Positions 45,698-52,085 of a DNA stretch of 52,085 bases are shown here, in pieces (position 1 is the first letter of the stretch; every line of letters begins with the position of its first letter). Under the pieces are notes generated by a model that saw only the letters and a program-made list of their open reading frames with translations, did not search any database and was not told the origin of the DNA. The stretch is from positions 1-52,085 of IMG/VR virus record IMGVR_UViG_3300014208_001045, one strand, 5' to 3'. The stretch comes from a virus (taxonomy: Duplodnaviria > Caudoviricetes). A program made the translations under genes and the position numbers.

Positions 45698-45975
45698 AGA
45701 TCTTTTAGATAATCTGGACGGTTGGAAAGGGGCGAGAGCCGCGCGGGAAAAGAATGGCGGCAGAGAGTAAACCCTTTAGAAGCAGAAAAATCATACTCGC
45801 CTGAACGATCAGATTATTTCGACCCCGGCAAATAGCCGGGCACCCGCTCCCTGCAAGGAGACATAACCGACAGCGAAGGCATGACCTTCCGAATAGACTT
45901 GGGTCGGTCAGGGCAAGGAGGCCGATGGCCACAAACGAGCAACGCGGGATTTCAGGACGGTCAAGATTATGCCGG
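45698..45975 (+). ncRNA. Candidate structured leader/ncRNA
   Basis: GC-richer, no + strand gene; closing stem 45709-22/45957-70 (12/14) and internal hairpins at 45824-40, 45875-89 and 45866-71/45903-08. Confidence 0.4.
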
Positions 45976-46051
45976 ATCAAACTCACCGATTAGGAGTATA
46001 AGCATAATAAACCGCAAATGGGATTTTAACAAAATCATTTTACAATTTATA

Positions 46052-46110
46052 ATATGAGTCTGCAGGGCATTAACCTGCATTGATAAAGTTAGAAACAGAA
46101 ACTCAAATAT
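46052..46110 (+). ncRNA. Type III hammerhead-like ribozyme variant (U3-A8 core)
   Basis: TGAG-TC(cleavage after 46060)-TGCAGG/CCTGCA stem I-TTGATAA core-short GTT/AAC stem II-GAAA-CTCA. Confidence 0.55.
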
Positions 46111-46124
46111 AAGGAGACAAAAAA

Positions 46125-46436
46125 ATGACAAGAAAAGAAATTAGCAAAACAATCCGAGAATTTTGTAAGCGCAATAGTATTAAGTCTGGCGGAATTTGGT
46201 TTCCAGTAACCGGAAGAGGGATAATTAAAGCTCCTAAGATATTCAACGATAAAAGAAAAGCAGGATATAGAATAAAGGTATGGGCCGTATTTATGACAGA
46301 AGCCAGTATAAAAAATTTAATAAAGCTGATGATTAGCTTAGGAGGAGAAAATATAAAACAGATTCCAATTCCGAATCAATACGGCGATGGCAAAAGATAT
46401 AATAGTGTGATTGCTACTTTTAAAGACGAAATATAA
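46125..46436 (+). CDS. Early hypothetical protein
   Basis: AAGGAG RBS; first gene after the leader. Confidence 0.75.
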   Translation: MTRKEISKTIREFCKRNSIKSGGIWFPVTGRGIIKAPKIFNDKRKAGYRIKVWAVFMTEASIKNLIKLMISLGGENIKQIPIPNQYGDGKRYNSVIATFKDEI

Positions 46437-46465
46437 TGATTTTCAATCATAATAGGAGGAGACAA

Positions 46466-47032
46466 ATGGGAAAATCACAAATAAAGACTTTATCCGAAAT
46501 TTTAGGAACTGAAAAACTTGAACAAATAATAAAATTTTTTGATTATCTTCATAATAGATGGCAGGATGAAAAAAATTATGAAAAAATAGAGGAGTATTGT
46601 TCAGCTTTTGAAAAAAAACTTGGATATAAGATAACGGGTTTTTCTAAAAACCCTTTTCAAGTCTGTTTTATGATTGATGCGACAAAATATTTTTTCAAAG
46701 TATCAAAAGGCAGAATTGTTTATGGTTATTTTATTCATCAGAAAGAGGAGGCAAAAATGTTAGAATCACGGACTTTTACTCTTCAAGATAAAAATGGAAT
46801 GACGATGTTGGTTGAGGAGACAATTTACCCTTCAATGTGCGCCGAGTTTGATCCGAATGGTGCTTTTACTATCGGATATCAATTCTTTCTTCTTTGTACT
46901 CAGAATTTATGGATTGTCAAGATGAGTAAACAAGATGTCAAGGAGTTTTACAAGAATATGAATTCCAGGAAAGACCGGATCTCACTTTATTATATAATAA
47001 AAGAGCAGTTTGAAGGATGGAGGGAAAAATGA
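46466..47032 (+). CDS. Early hypothetical protein (possibly two fused genes; internal RBS+ATG at 46757)
   Basis: AGGAGGAG before ATG 46466 and GAGGAGG before in-frame ATG 46757. Confidence 0.65.
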   Translation: MGKSQIKTLSEILGTEKLEQIIKFFDYLHNRWQDEKNYEKIEEYCSAFEKKLGYKITGFSKNPFQVCFMIDATKYFFKVSKGRIVYGYFIHQKEEAKMLESRTFTLQDKNGMTMLVEETIYPSMCAEFDPNGAFTIGYQFFLLCTQNLWIVKMSKQDVKEFYKNMNSRKDRISLYYIIKEQFEGWREK

Positions 47033-47184
47033 GAAAATTCAGAGCATATAAAATGACAGATAAACAATTGGAAGATGCGAAGATCAGAGTAACTATGGCA
47101 ATGTATCCACCGAGAGAATCGTTTTTGTTAAAGATCGGGAGTTTTTTGTTTATGATAATTTATGAGCTTGGAAAAAAGAGATAA
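47029..47184 (+). CDS. Small hypothetical protein (51 aa), not in the ORF track
   Basis: GGAGG RBS, ATGA overlap; MRKFRAYKMTDKQLEDAKIRV... Confidence 0.55.
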   Translation: MRKFRAYKMTDKQLEDAKIRVTMAMYPPRESFLLKIGSFLFMIIYELGKKR

Positions 47185-47198
47185 AAAGGAGGGACAAA

Positions 47199-47549
47199 AT
47201 GAGCGAGTTTTTTACAAAAATAAAAAAAGAAGACATTTTGAAAATCCGGGAGGCCTTAAAAGTTCTTTTTCAAACTCCGGCGGCAGAGGAGATCATCTTT
47301 CTTTCTGATTCAATAGGACTTGATAAAGTCAGAGAGGCAATTAAAATTATAGATAAATATTTTGATGATCAAAATAGAAGTCTGCCTTTCATGTATATTG
47401 GAGCTAAAAAGGTAAAAAAAGGAGATTATGTCAGGGATAGAAGCAATGGTAAAGCGGTTCTTGTCGAATATATTGAAAGTGATCAAATAATTATTGATGG
47501 CAAAGTCTTCAGGCCGGGAGATAATTTGGAAGCGCTATATGGATTTTAA
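47199..47549 (+). CDS. Early hypothetical protein
   Basis: AGGAGG RBS. Confidence 0.7.
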   Translation: MSEFFTKIKKEDILKIREALKVLFQTPAAEEIIFLSDSIGLDKVREAIKIIDKYFDDQNRSLPFMYIGAKKVKKGDYVRDRSNGKAVLVEYIESDQIIIDGKVFRPGDNLEALYGF

Positions 47550-47584
47550 TTTGTTTTTATCAATATAAATGAAAGGGATTAGTT

Positions 47585-47857
47585 ATGAAAAAATTATATA
47601 TGTGGACAGGGGTCAAACTTTTCATTGATTCTTCGGGAGCAGATCCGTCATTTTTTGGTCAGGCTTTTAAAAAGCTGGATGATATAAAAAAATATGCTTA
47701 TCAAGAATATGTAGAGTTTGGGTTTGATGAAAGTGAAAAACCTGGCAAGATCAACTGGGAAATTGTTGATTCTTCGACCCGGCAGACTTTTTTGTTTGAT
47801 GGACAATTACAGATTGTTTTATCCAAGGTTTTTATTAATATGGATGAGAGGAGGTAA
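47585..47857 (+). CDS. Early hypothetical protein
   Basis: 90-aa ORF in the operon. Confidence 0.65.
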   Translation: MKKLYMWTGVKLFIDSSGADPSFFGQAFKKLDDIKKYAYQEYVEFGFDESEKPGKINWEIVDSSTRQTFLFDGQLQIVLSKVFINMDERR

Positions 47858-47859
47858 TT

Positions 47860-48171
47860 ATGCCTTGCTATGAAGTCAGATTAGTCACGGTTGAGTTTAA
47901 GGCCAAGAATAAAGATGTTTTAATCGAAGTTTTAAAAGAGATGGATTTTCAAGTTGATGTCCGCCCGACTGGGGAGATCACATTAAAAAAGGGCTGGAAT
48001 ACGGCGGGAAATATAGATCTTCCCAAACAGACGGCTGAATTTAAAGATGCCGGGATCGCAAATGAGATTAAGCGGAAATATGCGGAGAAGATCATTCAGC
48101 AAGTTGCATTAAAGAAAAAATGGTTGTTTAAACAGATGGAGAAAAATCAAATTCAACTTCGAAGATATTAA
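47860..48171 (+). CDS. DUF1257/Ycf35-like protein
   Basis: VTVEFK..NKDVLIEVLKEM.F...IKRKYA...A.KK.W pattern; context with DUF2997-like and Ycf46-like genes. Confidence 0.55.
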   Translation: MPCYEVRLVTVEFKAKNKDVLIEVLKEMDFQVDVRPTGEITLKKGWNTAGNIDLPKQTAEFKDAGIANEIKRKYAEKIIQQVALKKKWLFKQMEKNQIQLRRY

Positions 48172-48184
48172 AAAGGGGGTTGTT

Positions 48185-48394
48185 ATGGCAATGGCAAAAC
48201 AGAAGAGTTTTTGGAGTCCGGAACATGAAGCCGCTTTTCAAGAAGTGGTCAGGGCTTTAAGACCTCCCGAATTGGCGATACCTAACATGAGAAAAAAATA
48301 TAAAAGGATAAAATGGTCAGCTGAGCAGATTAAAAATGAGGCCGATTATTTTAAACAGACCGGAAACGATTATATTAAAACATATCAGCAGTAA
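48185..48394 (+). CDS. Hypothetical protein
   Basis: 69-aa ORF with GGGGG RBS-like sequence. Confidence 0.6.
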   Translation: MAMAKQKSFWSPEHEAAFQEVVRALRPPELAIPNMRKKYKRIKWSAEQIKNEADYFKQTGNDYIKTYQQ

Positions 48395-48404
48395 GGAGAT
48401 AGCG

Positions 48405-48617
48405 ATGGACATCATTAATATTGAGATTTTAGAGGACGGGGTCATATCGGTAAAGACGACCGATATAAGTCAAATAAACCACATGTCTGCTGACTCTTTG
48501 TTGGAATCATTAGAGGATGAATTAGGAACTCTTACTTCAAAGACAAAAAACGAGCATGTTTTTTGGAAAGATAAGATCGTTCAAAAGGGCGGCAAAGTTG
48601 TTCAAATAAAAAAGTGA
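48405..48617 (+). CDS. DUF2997-like small protein
   Basis: IEILEDGVISVKT...LE.LEDELG pattern; AAGGAG RBS before ATG 48405. Confidence 0.6.
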   Translation: MDIINIEILEDGVISVKTTDISQINHMSADSLLESLEDELGTLTSKTKNEHVFWKDKIVQKGGKVVQIKK

Positions 48618-48653
48618 TTGATTTTAATCCAATTATATAAAGGAGAAAAGATT

Positions 48654-50093
48654 ATGAATACGACTGAATTGATGAATTTTGTAAAAGCCGGCTATGCTTA
48701 TTTTTACATTCAATCTTCCGAAGTCAATAAAGCGGTTGATGATGTCAAGGAGATTTTCAATACGGCAAAAAATGGTAGTTCATTTAATCTGATTGTTTGG
48801 GATTTTGAAAAGGATCTTGACCCGGCAAGCGTTATTGAGTCATTGAAAAGTGAGCCGCCAAAGACGGTCGTTATCGCTAAGAATTGGAATTGGTTTATAC
48901 AGGATGCGATGGGCGGTTTCGATAAAGGGATCGTTCAACATTTACAGAACGGGGTTTTGGATTATTCGTCAGGAGAATTTAGAAAGATTTTAGTGATTAT
49001 TTCAGATCAGTCTTTTTCAAAGGCGATTCCCTCAGAGATCCAGAAGGATTTTGTCGCTCTTGAGTATTCCCTGCCGGATAAAGAAGAGATCATTGTTATA
49101 TTGGCTGGTTTGTTGGCTGACTTGAAAGATAGACCAGGATTTGTGATGCCAAGTGATGAGGAAAAATTAAAGATTGCCGATTCCGCAAGGGGTCTGACCC
49201 GACGGGAAACAATAAATGCCTTTTCATACAGCATCGTAAAAGATAAAGGACAGATCAAGTCTTCCACTGTCTCTGAATTACAGGCCAAGGAAGTCCAGAA
49301 AACGGCGGGTCTTCGCATTGGTAATTATAAAGTTCCGGAGTTGATAGGATACGACAACCTGAAAAAATTCGTTTTGGCTACGATCAAAAGCCCTTTGTCA
49401 AAAGGAATTATGCTGGTTGGCCCGGCCGGGACTGGTAAAACTCATTTTTGTAAATGGGTTGGATCTGCAGTTGATATGAAAGTCATTGAATTGGAAATGG
49501 CCGAGTTATTTGGCGGTCTGGTTGGCGAAACGGAGCAGTTAGTAAGAAGCGCCCTTGAGATCATTTCAGCGAATGCCCCTTGTATCCTGTTTGTAGATGA
49601 GATTGAAAAAGGATTGGCCGGGGTAGGGAATGATCAAAATGGAGACGGCGGGACGACTAAAAGAGCGATGGCTCAATTTTTGAAATTCTTATCAGATTCC
49701 CGGCCCGAAGGGGTCTATGTCATGGCGACTTGTAACAACATATCTTCCCTGCCTCCTGAGTGGGTCAGGGCTGAAAGGTGGGATTCAGCCCCTTTTATGG
49801 TGGATCTTCCCAATGAAAAAGAGGCCAAGGCTATATTGGATCATTATAAAAAGAGCTACAAAGTTAGTGGAGATCCTAAAAGTATGAAAGGTTGGTCAGG
49901 GGCGGAGATCAAGTCAGTTTGCCGGATCGCCGCAATGATGACCAGTTCGATTGATGAAGCGGAAGAGTATATCATTCCTGTTAGCAAGACAATGAAAAAT
50001 GAAATTGATGGACTTCGTAAATGGGCAGAAGACAGGACAATTCCTTCCACTACGGTATCAAAAAGTCTGAATAAAAGGAGTATTTCGATATGA
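48654..50093 (+). CDS. Ycf46-like AAA+ ATPase (degenerate N-terminal AAA plus active C-terminal AAA)
   Basis: Walker A GPAGTGKT, Walker B ILFVDEIEK, ATCN..LPPEWVRAERWD, GWSGAEI; AAGGAG RBS before ATG 48654. Confidence 0.9.
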   Translation: MNTTELMNFVKAGYAYFYIQSSEVNKAVDDVKEIFNTAKNGSSFNLIVWDFEKDLDPASVIESLKSEPPKTVVIAKNWNWFIQDAMGGFDKGIVQHLQNGVLDYSSGEFRKILVIISDQSFSKAIPSEIQKDFVALEYSLPDKEEIIVILAGLLADLKDRPGFVMPSDEEKLKIADSARGLTRRETINAFSYSIVKDKGQIKSSTVSELQAKEVQKTAGLRIGNYKVPELIGYDNLKKFVLATIKSPLSKGIMLVGPAGTGKTHFCKWVGSAVDMKVIELEMAELFGGLVGETEQLVRSALEIISANAPCILFVDEIEKGLAGVGNDQNGDGGTTKRAMAQFLKFLSDSRPEGVYVMATCNNISSLPPEWVRAERWDSAPFMVDLPNEKEAKAILDHYKKSYKVSGDPKSMKGWSGAEIKSVCRIAAMMTSSIDEAEEYIIPVSKTMKNEIDGLRKWAEDRTIPSTTVSKSLNKRSISI

Positions 50094-50179
50094 AAAGAAA
50101 GACTCAGGAGATTTTCAAGGCTTTGGTTTTGTTTGCTGTGATCATTATTTTGATAATAATTGGTTTTTGTTTTAATTAA
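50090..50179 (+). CDS. 29-aa single-TM micropeptide, not in the ORF track
   Basis: AAAGGAG RBS, ATGA overlap with the AAA stop; MKRKTQEIFKALVLFAVIIILIIIGFCFN. Confidence 0.55.
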   Translation: MKRKTQEIFKALVLFAVIIILIIIGFCFN

Positions 50180-50228
50180 ACGGACAAATGACTGGGCTAT
50201 CGGTTAGACGGGCGAAAGGAAATAGACA

Positions 50229-51134
50229 ATGACGACTATAAATTACGAAAATATATTTCAGAAAGGCGTTTTGGTAAATATCACGATTAGTTGCTGGGAA
50301 GGACGGACAAAGTTGACCAAAGAGCAGTTAAAGGATCTGCCTACGGAAATCGTCAGGGGAGTAACTGATTTGCTGATTGGCGATGAGAACAAACTGCTTA
50401 AAGAGATTTACGGACATGATCATTCTACAAGAGGCCTGGTCGCGAAGATGGCGATTCCTTTTCCGATATCGGGAGTCTATTTTATCCCTGCTACTCGTTT
50501 GGAAGCTCTTTTAGCCTTGTTGGAGACAAGAAAAGCTGACAGGTTGCTGATGATTACCGACTTAATGAACAGTCTTGAATCTGGAATCGAAAAGTTCAAA
50601 GAAAAATTTCCCGAATATTATAAGATTGCCAAGGACAAAGGCAAATACCCCTCCAAAGAAGAGCTTGCAAGAAAGTTTAAGTTTGACTATCGGATCTTTC
50701 AGATTTCGGTTCCTGATGTTAAAGGATCAACCTTCATCACTTCTGATGTTTATAAACAGGAGATGGGTAAATTTCAGGATGAGATTGACGAAATGAAAAG
50801 GGAAGTGGTCAATACGATTTGTAATGAGCTGTTGGTTAAAGCTGACCGTCTGATTAAACAAGCGACTGATGGCAAACCGAATCAAAAGACTCTCAATTCA
50901 TTAACTGAGTTTTTTGGAGACATCACTAATGTATATTCCGACTTTATTGATCGGGAGGATATCTTCAAAGCGGTTGATAAATTTAAAAAGGCGGTTGGTA
51001 CGACTACTGCGGATGATCTTCGGTTTGATGACGATTTCAAAGCTAAGTTTGCAAAAAAGATAGAAGCCGTAAGTATCAATCTTAAGAAGTTGCCGGGGGT
51101 GGATATCAAGCCTGCTCGCGCAATTGATTTTTAA
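50229..51134 (+). CDS. DUF3150-like helical protein
   Basis: GVLVNITISCWEGRTKL, AIPF..GVYFIP, YPSKEEL..KF.F.YRIF pattern; downstream of the AAA ATPase. Confidence 0.65.
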   Translation: MTTINYENIFQKGVLVNITISCWEGRTKLTKEQLKDLPTEIVRGVTDLLIGDENKLLKEIYGHDHSTRGLVAKMAIPFPISGVYFIPATRLEALLALLETRKADRLLMITDLMNSLESGIEKFKEKFPEYYKIAKDKGKYPSKEELARKFKFDYRIFQISVPDVKGSTFITSDVYKQEMGKFQDEIDEMKREVVNTICNELLVKADRLIKQATDGKPNQKTLNSLTEFFGDITNVYSDFIDREDIFKAVDKFKKAVGTTTADDLRFDDDFKAKFAKKIEAVSINLKKLPGVDIKPARAIDF

Positions 51135-51159
51135 TCTTGATCTTTTACGGGGCGTCTGA

Positions 51160-51187
51160 TAAAGGGGGCATATAAATGTCCCCTTTA
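51160..51187 (+). terminator. Hairpin after the DUF3150-like gene (terminator or operator)
   Basis: TAAAGGGGGCAT 51160-71 / ATGTCCCCTTTA 51176-87 (one G-U). Confidence 0.5.
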
Positions 51188-51342
51188 CATCTTAAAAACT
51201 CGTTAAAAGCGATGTGGGCCTTGTTTTTTTGGATGTTTTGACCCCTATTTTGGGCGGATCTGACATATGTTATTGATCTGGAGCCGCAGGGCAGAACAGG
51301 GCTGATTTAACAATCAATCTGAAAGACCGGGAGGGCAATAAA

Positions 51343-51657
51343 ATGGTTAAGAAGACTTTGGTAATCACCGAAAAAAGAAAGGGCAATTTGATTAAAGCTT
51401 ATGACTGGGTTAAATGGGACATGACTTCCTTGGAAATTTCCACAGTTGGACTGGGAGATGCCCCTGTTTTTATTTTGTGGGGCGCTTATGACAATTTTGA
51501 GGTTCGGTATAAGTCTGCTTCAAGGGGTGGATCTGTTTCGAGTATCGCTTTTTTTAATAATCGCCAATTGAAGAATAAATTTTTTAACGGAGCATTAAAA
51601 AGATCGGCAGAAAATAAAAAGGCAATTGACAAATTAAGGGCGGAGAATTTAATTTAA
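51343..51657 (+). CDS. Hypothetical protein
   Basis: GGGAGG RBS, 104 aa. Confidence 0.7.
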   Translation: MVKKTLVITEKRKGNLIKAYDWVKWDMTSLEISTVGLGDAPVFILWGAYDNFEVRYKSASRGGSVSSIAFFNNRQLKNKFFNGALKRSAENKKAIDKLRAENLI

Positions 51658-51689
51658 TTAATGCCTCAACCGGGTAAAGGAGGTTCCAA

Positions 51690-52085
51690 ATGAAAATAAT
51701 CAAAGCGACCGTTTGTTTTGCGATTAGAGATGACCAAGATCCTGACAATTTTATTGATGATCTTCAAAACAGCATTTCCGAAAAGTTTGATCCGGAATTT
51801 CATTACAATATGTCCGCATTTTTCGATAAAGAAGTGCGCTCTGTAGATTATCCTGACCCGCAAATTAAGGATAGTGATTTAACTGATCGGATTGATGACT
51901 GGACAGATAAGTCAGTTGAAGAGATTGACACCCGCATTATGGCCGAACAGGACGGATTAAAGGAAGCCAAGGTTTTATTAAGAGATACAATTGCCCGGGT
52001 AGCTCTTGATGGAGAAGACGAGATTGCGAATATTGTAGACAATCTGCTTGACGGAAAGATCCTTGAAGGACTTAAAAATTTAAAA
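51690..52085 (+). CDS. Acidic hypothetical protein, runs off window end
   Basis: AAGGAGG RBS, ATG 51690, frame open to the end (MKIIKATVCFAIRDDQDPDNF...). Confidence 0.7.
   Translation, partial: MKIIKATVCFAIRDDQDPDNFIDDLQNSISEKFDPEFHYNMSAFFDKEVRSVDYPDPQIKDSDLTDRIDDWTDKSVEEIDTRIMAEQDGLKEAKVLLRDTIARVALDGEDEIANIVDNLLDGKILEGLKNLK

Larger units (their letters stand above)
1..52085 (+). mobile_element. Tailed dsDNA bacteriophage genome segment (siphovirus-type)
   Basis: Syntenic portal-MuF-scaffold-capsid-neck-tail tube-chaperone-tape measure-tail tip-fibre-lysis order; dense + strand coding; no host housekeeping genes; no tail sheath gene. Confidence 0.97.

Noticed and set aside
578-52042. Numerous minus-strand and nested ORFs in the track (e.g. 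578..895, 21011..21403, 31770..32138, 45705..45986, 49007..49318)
   Set aside because: Shadows of well-supported + strand genes or of the structured leader, with no convincing RBS or motifs; only 44993..45178 has a clear RBS.

Overview
A 52 kb segment of a tailed dsDNA phage with siphovirus architecture, read with the standard genetic code and coded almost entirely on the + strand. The host is probably a diderm bacterium (inferred). Order: (1) 1-12241, small hypothetical genes interleaved with a thymidylate synthase-like gene, a dNMP kinase and a nucleotide-sugar tailoring set (LbH acetyltransferase, DegT aminotransferase, two SDR epimerase/dehydratases, FemAB/GNAT acyltransferase, WbmS-like deacetylase). 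(2) 12266-25030, head module: DUF4055-like portal; a 2073-aa MuF protein carrying zincin, Nudix, HipA/PI3K-like kinase and possible ADP-ribosyltransferase domains, followed by three small genes; scaffold; major capsid; cement; and a GT2 glycosyltransferase. (3) 25208-42013, neck, tail tube, frameshifted tail chaperones, tape measure, GTA-like tail tip and LamG/discoidin fibres. (4) 42030-44925, lysis and membrane cassette with an M15 endolysin. (5) 45180-46120, non-coding control region with repeats, a sigma70-like promoter, a structured leader and a hammerhead-like ribozyme. (6) 46125-52085, early-type genes including a DUF1257/DUF2997/Ycf46-AAA/DUF3150-like module. No terminase, integrase, polymerase, tRNA or CRISPR array was seen. 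The strongest novelty candidates are a possible phage-encoded virion glycosylation pathway, the polyvalent MuF effector with a candidate immunity array, and RNA switches upstream of the capsid and early genes. All family calls come from motif recognition by eye; no database searches were run.
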